DNA of 64,000 nt, taken from positions 414 through 64,413 of the forward strand of contig WHTS01000002.1 in NCBI GenBank assembly GCA_009377585.1, read 5' to 3'. The stretch comes from Betaproteobacteria bacterium. GTDB taxonomy: Bacteria > Pseudomonadota > Gammaproteobacteria > Burkholderiales > WYBJ01. The notes beneath the pieces were generated by a model. The model was not told the origin of the DNA. It saw nothing but the letters and a program-made list of their open reading frames with translations, and made no database searches. The position numbers were made by a program, and so were the translations under genes. Of the stretch, positions 36,865 to 45,792 are shown in pieces (within the stretch, counting starts at the first letter, position 1; each line of letters starts with the position of its first letter).

Positions 36865-38277
36865 CTATCCGAGCGCGCAAGCGATTCGCTCTGCCGCGCG
36901 AATGCCGAACGTCGCCGCCTTGATGAGCCCGCCGACATAGCCCACGCCGCTGCCGCCCTCGAGCCCGCCGGTGGTGGTGCCGACGGCATACAGCCCGTCG
37001 ATGCTTCCACCGCCGCCCGTGCGCAACACCTGTCCGTCGGGATCGATCGCGATGCCGCCCATGGTGTAGGTAATCCCGGCGCACAACGGCACCGCGTAGA
37101 ACGGCGGCTTCGCCACCGGCATCGCAGCGATGCGGGTCGATGTGCGACGTGGGGCGAGGTCCTCGAGCTTGCCCGCAGCCAGCGCCTGGTTGTAACCCGC
37201 CACGGTGAGCTCGAAGCGCTCGGCGGGCACGCCTATGATCTCGGCCAGCGCCGTGAGCGTTCTGGCCTCGTGCACCGTCCCGCCCGCTTTCACCAGGTTC
37301 GGGTTGGCTGGAATGCGCGCCGCCTTGCCGGGGCCGTTCCAGACGGCATCGTCGAACACCGCCCAGGTCGAGAGCGGATCGGGCAGGCGCGCGATCATGT
37401 TGGCGACATAGACCCCACCCATGCCCTCGTCGGTGAAGCGCTCGCCGCGCGCATCGACCACGATCCCGGCGGTGCCCAGCTCGTCGAGCTGCGGATAAGG
37501 CCAGACCTTGTCGTTATGAAACGAATCGCGCGACAGCATGTGACCGTAGAAGGCATCGAGCCGGGTCACTGCGGCGCCGAGCGACTGTGCCATGCGCAGG
37601 CCGTCGCCCACGCCGGTCGAAGCGCCGCGCTGCATCAGCTTCTCGGGCGCCGGTGTGATGTGTTTGCCGATGAGGTCGAAGCTCGCCTGATAGCCGCCGT
37701 CGGCGATGACCACGGCCTTGGCGCCGAACTGAACGGAGCTGCCCTCGCGTTCGGCTTCCACGCCCACGCACCGACCGCCCGCCTCCATCAGCGCTCGCGC
37801 TGCCGTACCGCGCAGCACCGCACCGCCGCGCTGGATCAAATTGGCTTCCAGCGTGCGCAGCGTGACATCGGGGCCGCGTCCCTTCCAGTCGAGCCCCGGC
37901 GTGATGGGCCGCGGCGGCGCAAGCACGTGCTGCTGCCACACGATCTGACCGACGCGAATGAACTTGGCGCCTTCACTGCGCAGCCACTCGACGGCGCGGC
38001 GCGCATCCTCGGCGAGCGCGCGGGCCAGCGCCGGATCGCATTCGCCCAGCGTCGCTTCCTCGATGACCTGGACCAGATTCTCGGCCGGCTCCTGCACGTT
38101 GTGTTGCGAGATGTGCAGAATGCCGCCCGAGAAGCGCGAATTGCACAGGTACTGCGGCTCGGTCCCGCGCTCCAGCACCGCCGCCTTCAATCCCAGCTGC
38201 GCGGCCCGGCAGGCGGCGCTCAGGCCGCCGAGCCCGCCGCCCACCACGACCACGTCCCAGTCACTTCGACTCGCCAT
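36865..38277 (-). CDS. FAD-dependent oxidoreductase, fumarate reductase/succinate dehydrogenase flavoprotein-like (FAD_binding_2)
   Basis: 470 aa with DVVVVGGGLGGLSAA and C-terminal GLYAVGTTTGGLEG. GAGGA SD. Confidence 0.8.
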   Translation of the reverse strand: MASRSDWDVVVVGGGLGGLSAACRAAQLGLKAAVLERGTEPQYLCNSRFSGGILHISQHNVQEPAENLVQVIEEATLGECDPALARALAEDARRAVEWLRSEGAKFIRVGQIVWQQHVLAPPRPITPGLDWKGRGPDVTLRTLEANLIQRGGAVLRGTAARALMEAGGRCVGVEAEREGSSVQFGAKAVVIADGGYQASFDLIGKHITPAPEKLMQRGASTGVGDGLRMAQSLGAAVTRLDAFYGHMLSRDSFHNDKVWPYPQLDELGTAGIVVDARGERFTDEGMGGVYVANMIARLPDPLSTWAVFDDAVWNGPGKAARIPANPNLVKAGGTVHEARTLTALAEIIGVPAERFELTVAGYNQALAAGKLEDLAPRRTSTRIAAMPVAKPPFYAVPLCAGITYTMGGIAIDPDGQVLRTGGGGSIDGLYAVGTTTGGLEGGSGVGYVGGLIKAATFGIRAAERIACALG

Positions 38278-38283
38278 ACGTCC

Positions 38284-38505
38284 TCATTTCGGCAGGAGCA
38301 TATCGGCGATCACGCGCACCAGCTCCACGTAGCTCTTCATCAGAAAATAAACCACCGCGGCCGCGACGGCCCCGGCCACCAGCGCAAACCAATGCACGCC
38401 GAGAACCACCAGGGCGACCGCGCCCAGCAGCGGCAATACGCCGATCGCGATGGCAAGCAGGTTGCCGCGCTCGACGATGAACTTGATGGTCGGATACGAA
38501 TCCAT
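38284..38505 (-). CDS. Small membrane protein (73 aa, 2 TM)
   Basis: GGGAGGG SD. Hydrophobic core LLAIAIGVLPLLGAVALVVLGVHWFALVAGAVAAAVVYFL. The stop lies 6 nt before the flavoprotein start. Confidence 0.5.
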   Translation of the reverse strand: MDSYPTIKFIVERGNLLAIAIGVLPLLGAVALVVLGVHWFALVAGAVAAAVVYFLMKSYVELVRVIADMLLPK

Positions 38506-38517
38506 CGCCGCCCTCCC

Positions 38518-39579
38518 TCAGGCAATGACACGCTCGGCGCGCAGGCGCTCGAACAAGCGCAAGAACATTCGCGTCGTGTCGACCTTCTCGTCGAAGCCGA
38601 AAGCGCGCGCCTTCGACAATTCCGAGACGACATCGTACTCGCAAGCGAAGCGCGAGCTCGGCGCCCGATAGTCGCCCTGCGCCCACGCCGCGATGCGCTC
38701 ATAGGGAAAAGATGCGAGGCCGTCGGCCTCGGACAACCGCAGCCACGCGCCCTGGTGCTCGGCCAGGTACTCGGGCAGGCGCTTCGCCTGCGGCCCGGCT
38801 GCGTCGAGATCGAAGAATCCGGCCAATGAAGGCCAGATGTCCATCCAGCGAAAGATGTCGCCGTTGTTGATGTTGAACGCTTCGTTGCCGCAGGCCGACG
38901 TGGTCGAGCACCAGATGGCCGCGCGCGCGAGCAGCTCGGAATCGACCACGTTGAAGCGCGCCTCGGAACACGCCGGTGTCGACGGAAACGCCATCGACTC
39001 GCCCGCGGCGCGCGCGAGCGAGCCGTAGATGCCCAGCGCCACCGCCAGGTTGAGCGGATTGCCGCGCGCGTAGCCGCAGACCGAATGCGGCCGAACCGCG
39101 GTCCATGTCCAGCGCTTGCCGCGGGCGCGGGCACGCACGCAGTCTTCCTCGCTGTAGTAGAAATCGGCCCCGGGGACGCGCGGATCGGTCTCCCGCGCCG
39201 GCACCTTGAACGGCCCGAGGTGGCAGCCGTAGTACTTTGTTCCCTGCATCAGGTGCACGTTCTCGAGCCGCGCACTGCCTTGTTCCACGGCATCGAGCAC
39301 GTTGCTCATGAGCCGCAGCCGCGTCGGGGAATCGGGCGCGTTGCCGCAGTAGAAAAGATGCGTCACTTCATTGAGCCGACCGAGCGTGCGCAAGCAGGCG
39401 TCCGGATCGGCGAGATCCACGGCGATATGGCGCAGGCGCGATGCGTCCAGGCCCGCGCGCAGCATCGGGGCCCGCCGCGACACCGCGTACACCGGCCAGC
39501 CCGCCGCAAGCAGCTCCTCGGTGAGCGGCGTGCCCGTGACGCCGGTCGCCCCGATCACCAGCGCGGTACGTTCCCCCAT
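38518..39579 (-). CDS. SDR-family NAD(P)-dependent oxidoreductase, progesterone-5beta-reductase/iridoid-synthase-like (PRISE) type
   Basis: 353 aa with VIGATGVTG and AFNINNGDIFRWMDIWPSLAGFF, which matches the PRISE signature as I recall it from plant P5bR. Confidence 0.7.
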   Translation of the reverse strand: MGERTALVIGATGVTGTPLTEELLAAGWPVYAVSRRAPMLRAGLDASRLRHIAVDLADPDACLRTLGRLNEVTHLFYCGNAPDSPTRLRLMSNVLDAVEQGSARLENVHLMQGTKYYGCHLGPFKVPARETDPRVPGADFYYSEEDCVRARARGKRWTWTAVRPHSVCGYARGNPLNLAVALGIYGSLARAAGESMAFPSTPACSEARFNVVDSELLARAAIWCSTTSACGNEAFNINNGDIFRWMDIWPSLAGFFDLDAAGPQAKRLPEYLAEHQGAWLRLSEADGLASFPYERIAAWAQGDYRAPSSRFACEYDVVSELSKARAFGFDEKVDTTRMFLRLFERLRAERVIA

Positions 39580-40554
39580 CTAGTTGACCACCTGGATCCC
39601 GGCTTCCTTGATGATGCGCGGCCACAGTGCCCATTCCTTTTTCAGGAACGCAGCCGCTTCTTCCGGCGTCGTGCCCTCGACCTCGTTGCCCAGCTCGGCC
39701 ATGCGGGCCTTCACTTTCGGATCGGCGAGCGCCCCGACGATGGCCTTGTTCAGCCGATCCACGATCGGCCGCGGCGTACTGGCGGGTACAACGACGACTT
39801 GCCATTCGTTGTAGTTGTAGTCCTTGAGGCCCAGCTCCTGCAGCGTCGGCACTTCCGGCAAGGTCGACGAGCGTTTGTAGTAGGTGAGCGCCAGCGCGCG
39901 CAAGCGGCCATCCTTGATATGGTGTGAGGCCGAGCTGATGGTCGCGAACAGCAGGTCGATTTGCCCGCCCACCAGTGCCGCGACCGCCGGTCCGCCGCCC
40001 TTGAACGGCACGTGCACCATGTCGACTTTGGTATAGCTGCGGAACACTTCCGTGGTGAGCTGATTGGCGCTGCCGTTGCCCGCGGAACCGAAGTTGAGCT
40101 TGCCGGGGTTCTTGCGCGCGAGCCGGATGAGATCGTCGAGTGTTTTCACCGGCAGCGACGGATGCACCGACACCACCATCGGCACGACGGCCACCTTGCT
40201 CACCGGGGTGAAGTCCTTCTGCACGTCGAACGGAAGCTTCTTGAACAGACTCGGATTCGCCGCGAATGCGATGTTTGCGAGCAGCATCGTGTACCCGTCG
40301 GGTGCCGCTTTCGCGACCAGGTCGAAGCCCGGGATGGCTGCGCCGCCAGCGCGATTCTCGGCCACGATCTGTTGCCCGAGCGTCTGCGACATGTGGGGCG
40401 AGAGGGTGCGCGCAGTGATGTCGGTCGCACCACCGGGCGAGTACGGGATGATCCAGCGGATCGGCTTGGTCGGATAGTCCTGCGCCAACGCCGCGCTCGC
40501 CACCCATGCTGCGACGGCCAACGAGGCTGCAATCGGTAGAGCGAAAGTTCTCAA
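39580..40554 (-). CDS. Bug/TctC-family tripartite tricarboxylate transporter substrate-binding protein (intact, orphan)
   Basis: 324 aa from a TTG start behind GAGGAGGA, with a signal peptide ending ALAQ. PIRWIIPYSPGGATD is present. No tctA or tctB gene lies nearby. Confidence 0.85.
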   Translation of the reverse strand: MRTFALPIAASLAVAAWVASAALAQDYPTKPIRWIIPYSPGGATDITARTLSPHMSQTLGQQIVAENRAGGAAIPGFDLVAKAAPDGYTMLLANIAFAANPSLFKKLPFDVQKDFTPVSKVAVVPMVVSVHPSLPVKTLDDLIRLARKNPGKLNFGSAGNGSANQLTTEVFRSYTKVDMVHVPFKGGGPAVAALVGGQIDLLFATISSASHHIKDGRLRALALTYYKRSSTLPEVPTLQELGLKDYNYNEWQVVVVPASTPRPIVDRLNKAIVGALADPKVKARMAELGNEVEGTTPEEAAAFLKKEWALWPRIIKEAGIQVVN

Positions 40555-40696
40555 GACACGTCCTCCTCGGTTATCGGCATGACCGCATTCGTCGGTCTGC
40601 GGCGTGCGATTGCATTCGAGTTTCACGCCGCGTCGCGCGAACGATCGCATTATCGCTCAGGGTCGGCGACGCATCGGGTCGCCGCGACGCGGGCGC

Positions 40697-41518
40697 TCAC
40701 CGGCTGCTCGCGCCTGCTGCCGCAAAGTCTTCTTCCAGCAAGGTTCGCACGCGCGGCATGCCGATCGACACCGCACCGCCGTCGACCACGATCTCGGCGG
40801 CGTTGATATAGCTGGCTTCGTCACTCGCCAGGAACAGCACCGCCTGAGCGACCTCGTAGGGACGCGACGCGCGCTTGAGCGGCATGACGCGCTCGTTCGC
40901 ATAGCGATAGCCGGGCGTCGCGCTCGCGGCCATGCCGGTATCGGTGACCTGCGCCGGATGCACCGAGTTCACGCGGATGCCCCAGTCGAGCAACTCCAGC
41001 GCAGCCGCCTTGGTCACCCCGCGCAGGCCCCACTTGCTCGCGGCATAGGCGACCCCCGGATGGCCCAGCAGCCCCGCCGTCGAAGAAATATTCACGATCG
41101 ATCCACCGCCGCAATCGCGCATGAGCGGCGCCGCGGCCTGAATGCCGAGCATGGGGCCGGTGAGGTTGATGTCGATCACGCGCTGCCATTCGTGCGCCGG
41201 GATCGTGCGCACGCTCGTTCGGCTCACCACGCCGGCATTGTTGACGAGGACATCGAGCCGACCGTGCGCGCGGCGCACCTTGCGCATCGCCTGCTGCCAG
41301 CTTGTGGCCGCGACCACGTCGAGCGCGAGGAACGTCGCCGCGCCGCCCGCCTTGCGGATGGCGGCCGCGGCCGCCTTTCCCGGCGCTGGCACGACGTCGG
41401 TCAGCACGACCGCCGCCCCCTGTTCGGCGAACAGGCGCGCCTGCACACGACCCTGCCCGCCGCTGCCGCCGGTGATGAGAACCACCTTGCCCGTAAAGCG
41501 TTGCCTGCCTCGCGCCAT
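40697..41518 (-). CDS. Classical short-chain dehydrogenase/reductase
   Basis: 273 aa with TGGSGGQG, NNAG and YAASK catalytic motifs. Confidence 0.9.
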   Translation of the reverse strand: MARGRQRFTGKVVLITGGSGGQGRVQARLFAEQGAAVVLTDVVPAPGKAAAAAIRKAGGAATFLALDVVAATSWQQAMRKVRRAHGRLDVLVNNAGVVSRTSVRTIPAHEWQRVIDINLTGPMLGIQAAAPLMRDCGGGSIVNISSTAGLLGHPGVAYAASKWGLRGVTKAAALELLDWGIRVNSVHPAQVTDTGMAASATPGYRYANERVMPLKRASRPYEVAQAVLFLASDEASYINAAEIVVDGGAVSIGMPRVRTLLEEDFAAAGASSR

Positions 41519-41585
41519 GGCGATTCCCTCGTCTCTCGTCCCCGGTCTTCACGCCTGCCAGTCGCAGCATTCACCCGAGAACCGC

Positions 41586-41625
41586 AAAAAAAAGGGGCGT
41601 GGCCCAGGGCCTGGCCCCTTTTTTT
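41586..41625 (-). terminator. Rho-independent (bidirectional-looking) terminator after the LLM monooxygenase gene
   Basis: A8-GGGGC...GCCCC-T7 read directly. On the minus strand the stem is followed by a T8 run. Confidence 0.75.
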
Positions 41626-41632
41626 CCCGTCC

Positions 41633-42733
41633 TTAGCCCTGACGGCTGCCGATCGCAGCATTCACCTGCGGCATCACCTGCTCGGCCATGAGCTCCATCG
41701 AGCGGCGGGCGAGCTTTGGGTCCGCCCAGTCGTGGCCGCAGTAGAGCAGCGTACCGAAATCGCCCACCGTCTCGCGGAACGCGAGAATCTGCTCGGCCAC
41801 ACTCGCGGGCGTGCCAGAGATGACCAGATGTTCCAGCATGTAGTCGACGGTCACTGCGGCTTCGGGCAGCGCAGGATCGTGCTTGAAGATGTCGGCATTG
41901 CCGGTCGACGATCGGCGCTTGGTCAGCAGGTTCCAGAAATAGAAGCCGTAGGGACCGTCCGCGCTCTTGGCATAACGGCGCGCAGTCGCTTCATCGTCCG
42001 CGACGAAGATCGATTTGCACACGCGCCAGTCCGAGGACCGCACCGTGTGCCCGCCCAGGCGGCAGCCCTGCTCGTACATCGGCCAGTGGGTCGCTGCCCA
42101 TTTCGGTTGCAGGAAGTTCGCCGTGATCGGCGTCCAGCCGCGCTGCGCGGCCGCCATCAAGCCCTTCGAGTGCGGCACCACGACGGTCACGACGATGGGC
42201 GGATGCGGCTGCTGATAGGGCTTGATCATCACGCCCTGCCCCGCATCGCGGATGAGCGTCTTCTCGGTGCTCACGTTCCAGAAGCGGCCTTCGCGCCGGT
42301 ACGGCGCATCCGTGGTCCACAACGCGAGGATGTGGTCGATCGCCTCGACGAACATGGCGTTGCGGTCGCGATCGAGGTTGCCGAGCGCCTCCATGTCCGA
42401 GCGCAGGCCGCCCGGACCGATGCCGAAGAGGAAGCGGCCTTCCAGCAGATGATCGATCATGGCGACGTGCGCGGCGACCTGCGCCGGGTGATTGTTCGGC
42501 AAGTTCACGGTGCCGCTGCCGAGCCTGATTTGGCGCGTTTCGGGCGCGACGTGGGCGATGAAGCTCAGGCACGAGGGAATCGATTCGCAGACATCGGTGA
42601 CGTGCTCGCCGATCAGCGCATCGCAATAGCCCAGCCGGTCGGCAAGGATCACCGCTTCCCGATCCTCCTTCAGCGTTTCGGTCAGATTGCGCCCGGGCGG
42701 GTGCATCGGCATCGTGAAAAAACCGAGCTTCAT
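41633..42733 (-). CDS. LLM-class (luciferase-like) flavin-dependent monooxygenase
   Basis: 366 aa. MKLGFFTMPMHPPG and LGSGTVNLPNNHPAQVA are typical of the bacterial luciferase family. AGGAG SD. Confidence 0.85.
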   Translation of the reverse strand: MKLGFFTMPMHPPGRNLTETLKEDREAVILADRLGYCDALIGEHVTDVCESIPSCLSFIAHVAPETRQIRLGSGTVNLPNNHPAQVAAHVAMIDHLLEGRFLFGIGPGGLRSDMEALGNLDRDRNAMFVEAIDHILALWTTDAPYRREGRFWNVSTEKTLIRDAGQGVMIKPYQQPHPPIVVTVVVPHSKGLMAAAQRGWTPITANFLQPKWAATHWPMYEQGCRLGGHTVRSSDWRVCKSIFVADDEATARRYAKSADGPYGFYFWNLLTKRRSSTGNADIFKHDPALPEAAVTVDYMLEHLVISGTPASVAEQILAFRETVGDFGTLLYCGHDWADPKLARRSMELMAEQVMPQVNAAIGSRQG

Positions 42734-43023
42734 ACCGTCTCCTGCGTATTCGTATCAGGCTCGTGCCGATAAGCCTGCCACCAGCTTTCGGCCTGCGCCT
42801 GGCTCCAGGGATGACTCAACCCCAACTGCTCCAGTGTAACCAGGACTTCGGCGACGCTCCCAGGCCGCTCGTCGGGCTTGATGTCGCGATGGACCACGCC
42901 CTGCGCATGCGCTTCCTCGAGCGCAGCGCAGACCTGGCGCATGAGATCGATCGTGCGCGCGGGACCCAGCGAACCGTCGCGCGCCACCCGCGAAGACAGC
43001 GTGATGCCATCCCGATATTCCAT
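42730..43023 (-). pseudogene. Hanks-type Ser/Thr protein kinase remnant (subdomains V-VIb fused to a C-terminal tail)
   Basis: VMEYRDGITLSSRVARDGSLGPARTIDLMRQVCAALEEAHAQGVVHRDIKP is followed directly by a non-kinase tail. The N-lobe, activation loop and the rest of the C-lobe are absent. Confidence 0.6.
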
Positions 43024-43087
43024 CACATGGTGACATCCGCTTGCCCCGGAGGCTGGCTGCTGCGCGTGCCGTGGCGCTGCAGCGCCA

Positions 43088-43483
43088 TCAATAGCCGCGC
43101 ACTCGGCGCAGGTCGCGGCGCTGCTTCTTCTCCGGTCGCCCGCCGTGCTCGGGCTCGGGCTCGAAGCCGGCGCGCAACCTTCCGACCGCGGCGATGCGTA
43201 GGCCACGGCTTTGCTCGTCCTCCTCGTACAGCTCGCGCGCCATCGGCGCGGGTCCGCGCCGATCCGAAAGAGCGCGCACCGTGACGAGCCATTCGAAGGC
43301 GCCGATGCGGATCGCGAGCCGGTCGCCGATGCGCAACACCCGCGCCGGCTTGACGCGCTCGTCGCCGAGCTTCACCTTGCCGCCGTCGACCGCCTGCGCT
43401 GCCGCCGAGCGTGTCTTGAAGAAACGCGCGGCCCACAGCCACTTGTCGATACGCACGCGCTCGCTGTCGGCTTCGGGGTTCAC
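43088..43483 (-). CDS. hslR: Ribosome-associated heat shock protein Hsp15 (S4-domain RNA-binding)
   Basis: VRIDKWLWAARFFKTRSAAAQAVDGGKVKLGDERVKP and RPEKKQRRDL parallel E. coli HslR. The GTG start at 43483 was chosen by length comparison. Confidence 0.75.
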   Translation of the reverse strand: MNPEADSERVRIDKWLWAARFFKTRSAAAQAVDGGKVKLGDERVKPARVLRIGDRLAIRIGAFEWLVTVRALSDRRGPAPMARELYEEDEQSRGLRIAAVGRLRAGFEPEPEHGGRPEKKQRRDLRRVRGY

Positions 43484-43623
43484 GGCAGATGGATTCCGAT
43501 CGACGGCACGCGCCGCCGGCAGCCGTATGGTATCGACTTCATGTTGCGTCAGGAAGCGGCCGCTCGGTTGTAGCTGCAGTGCAAACCAGCGACAATGGCC
43601 GCATCCCACGCGAGGAGTCCACG

Positions 43624-44715
43624 ATGACGATTGTCGGCCGCTTCGAGATCGAAGCGCGACAGTATCTCGACGTTCAGGGGCGTGCGCTGCAAACGCTTCC
43701 CGAATCCGCGCGCGAGCCCGAGCTGCTCGTCTCGCTTTACCGCCAGATGGTGCTTGCGCGTGCGTTCGACCAGAAGATGCTCGCGCTGCAGCGCACGGGT
43801 CAGCTCGGCACCTTCGCCTCGGGGCTCGGCAAGGAAGCGATCGACATCGGCGTCACGTCCGCCATGCGCGCCGAGGACAGCCTGCTGATCACCTATCGGG
43901 AGACTGTGGCCCAGCTCGCCCGGGGCGTGAGCATGCTCGAGATCCTGCTCTACTGGGGTGGCGACGAGCGCGGCTCGAACTACGCCGTGCCGCGCACGGA
44001 CTTTCCCGTCTGTATCACGATCGCGTCGCATTGTTGCCATGCCGTGGGGGCTGCGTATGCGATGAAGCTGCGCCGCCAGCCGAGGGTCGCGGTGTGCATG
44101 ATCGGCGACGGCGCGAGCTCGAAGGGCGAGTTCTACGAGGCACTCAACGGCGCCGGCACCTGGCAGCTGCCGGTGGTGTTCGTCGTGACCAACAACCAAT
44201 GGGCGATCTCGGTGCCGCGCAAGGTGCAAAGCGCCGCGCAAACGCTCGCCCAGAAGGCGATCGCGGCCGGCATCCCGGGCATCCAGGTCGATGGCAACGA
44301 TCTGGTCGCCGTGCGCCAGGTGGCGCTGGAAGCGATCGAGCGCGCGCGCGCCGGCGGCGGCGCCACGCTCATCGAAGCAGTGAGTTACCGGCTCGCCGAC
44401 CATACCACGGCGGACGATGCGAGCCGCTATCGCGACGCGGACGAAGTCGCAGCGGCCTGGCAGCGGGAACCGATCGGGCGGCTGCGCAACTACCTCCTCG
44501 GCATCGAGGCCTGGAGCAAGAGCGACGAGGAGGCTCTGCTCAGGCGCTGCGCCGACCAGGTGCAGGAAGCGACCCAGGCCTACCTGGACCATCCTGCGCC
44601 CGCGCCCGCGCAGATGTTCGATCAGCTGTACGCTTCGCTGCCGGCGGCGCTGGCGCCGCAGCGCCGCCAGGCGCTCGCCAAAGGAACGGCCGATGCCGCA
44701 GGTCACGCTGGTTGA
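43624..44715 (+). CDS. 2-oxoacid dehydrogenase E1 component alpha subunit (TPP-dependent; PDH/BCKDH/acetoin type)
   Basis: 363 aa with GDGASSKGEFYEALNGAGTWQLPVVFVVTNNQWAIS (TPP motif). GAGGAG SD. Confidence 0.9.
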   Translation: MTIVGRFEIEARQYLDVQGRALQTLPESAREPELLVSLYRQMVLARAFDQKMLALQRTGQLGTFASGLGKEAIDIGVTSAMRAEDSLLITYRETVAQLARGVSMLEILLYWGGDERGSNYAVPRTDFPVCITIASHCCHAVGAAYAMKLRRQPRVAVCMIGDGASSKGEFYEALNGAGTWQLPVVFVVTNNQWAISVPRKVQSAAQTLAQKAIAAGIPGIQVDGNDLVAVRQVALEAIERARAGGGATLIEAVSYRLADHTTADDASRYRDADEVAAAWQREPIGRLRNYLLGIEAWSKSDEEALLRRCADQVQEATQAYLDHPAPAPAQMFDQLYASLPAALAPQRRQALAKGTADAAGHAG

Positions 44716-45673
44716 GGCCGTCAACCTGGCGCTCGCTCGCGCCATGGCCGACGATGCCGAAGTGCTCGTGCTGGGCCAGGATGTCGGAACCGACGGCGGC
44801 GTATTTCGCGCCACCGTCGGGTTGCTGGAGCGCTTCGGACCCGAGCGGGTGATCGATACCCCGCTGGCCGAACAGCTCATCACCGGCATGACGATCGGCA
44901 TGGCCGCGGAAGGGCTGAAGCCCGTCGCGGAGATCCAGTTCTCCGGCTTCGGCTACGTCTGCATCGACCAGATTCTCAATCATGCCGGACGCATGCGTCA
45001 TCGCACGCAAGGCCGGATATCCTGTCCGATGGTGATGCGCACCCCATGCGGCGCCGGCATTCATCCGCCCGAGCATCATTCGGAAAGTCCGGAGGCGATG
45101 TTCGCTCACATCCCGGGCATCCGCGTCGTCTATCCCTCCTCGCCGCGGCGGGCATACGGGCTGCTGCTCGCAGCGATCCAGGACCCGGATCCGGTGGTGT
45201 TCCTGGAGCCCACGCGGCTCTACCGGCTGTTCAAGGAAGAGGTGGAAGACGACGCCAAGCCGCTCGCGCTCGACACCTGCTTCACGTTGCGGGAAGGTAC
45301 GGACATCACCCTGGTCACCTGGGGAGCGATGGTGCACGAGACGCTGCAGGTCGCAAGTCGTCTGGAGCAGGAGGGCCTGTTCGCCGAGGTGATCGACGTG
45401 GCGACCCTGCGCCCGCTCGACATGGACACGATACTGGCATCGGTGGCGAAGACCGGGCGTTGCGTGGTCGTGACCGAAGCGCCGCGCAGCGGCAGCTTCG
45501 CGGCCGAGATCGCGGCCAATCTGGCCGAGCACGGGCTGCTGTCGCTGTTCGCGCCGGTGACGCGGGTCGCGTCCTATGACGTCGTCGTCCCGCTCTCGCG
45601 CCTGGAGGCCGCGTACATGCCTGGCACCGAACGCATCCTGGATGCGGTGCGCAAGTGTCTCGCGTTCGGGTAG
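44693..45673 (+). CDS. 2-oxoacid dehydrogenase E1 component beta subunit
   Basis: 326 aa with VTLVEAVNLALARAM and DTPLAEQLITGMTIGMA. It overlaps the alpha-subunit gene by 23 nt. Confidence 0.9.
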   Translation: MPQVTLVEAVNLALARAMADDAEVLVLGQDVGTDGGVFRATVGLLERFGPERVIDTPLAEQLITGMTIGMAAEGLKPVAEIQFSGFGYVCIDQILNHAGRMRHRTQGRISCPMVMRTPCGAGIHPPEHHSESPEAMFAHIPGIRVVYPSSPRRAYGLLLAAIQDPDPVVFLEPTRLYRLFKEEVEDDAKPLALDTCFTLREGTDITLVTWGAMVHETLQVASRLEQEGLFAEVIDVATLRPLDMDTILASVAKTGRCVVVTEAPRSGSFAAEIAANLAEHGLLSLFAPVTRVASYDVVVPLSRLEAAYMPGTERILDAVRKCLAFG

Positions 45674-45691
45674 CGGGAAGTGGCTTGTCTT

Positions 45692-45775
45692 CCCTCTCCT
45701 CACCCCCACCCCCACCCCCTCTCCCGGGGGGAGAGGGGAGCGCAGTGCGAAATCGCGCGTGATCGCGCGATTTCG
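45692..45775. repeat. REP-A element plus a perfect 12-bp-stem hairpin (CGAAATCGCGCG-tgat-CGCGCGATTTCG) between the E1beta and E2 genes
   Basis: REP-A at 45692-45740 and the hairpin at 45748-45775, ending 18 nt before the E2 ATG. Confidence 0.85.
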
Positions 45776-45792
45776 ACCTAAGGATCGAAGCG

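Noticed and set aside
43024-43206. Upstream part of ORF 42730-43206
   Set aside because: It overlaps the hslR 3' end and shows no kinase-like sequence. Only the part from VMEYRDG onward resembles a protein kinase.
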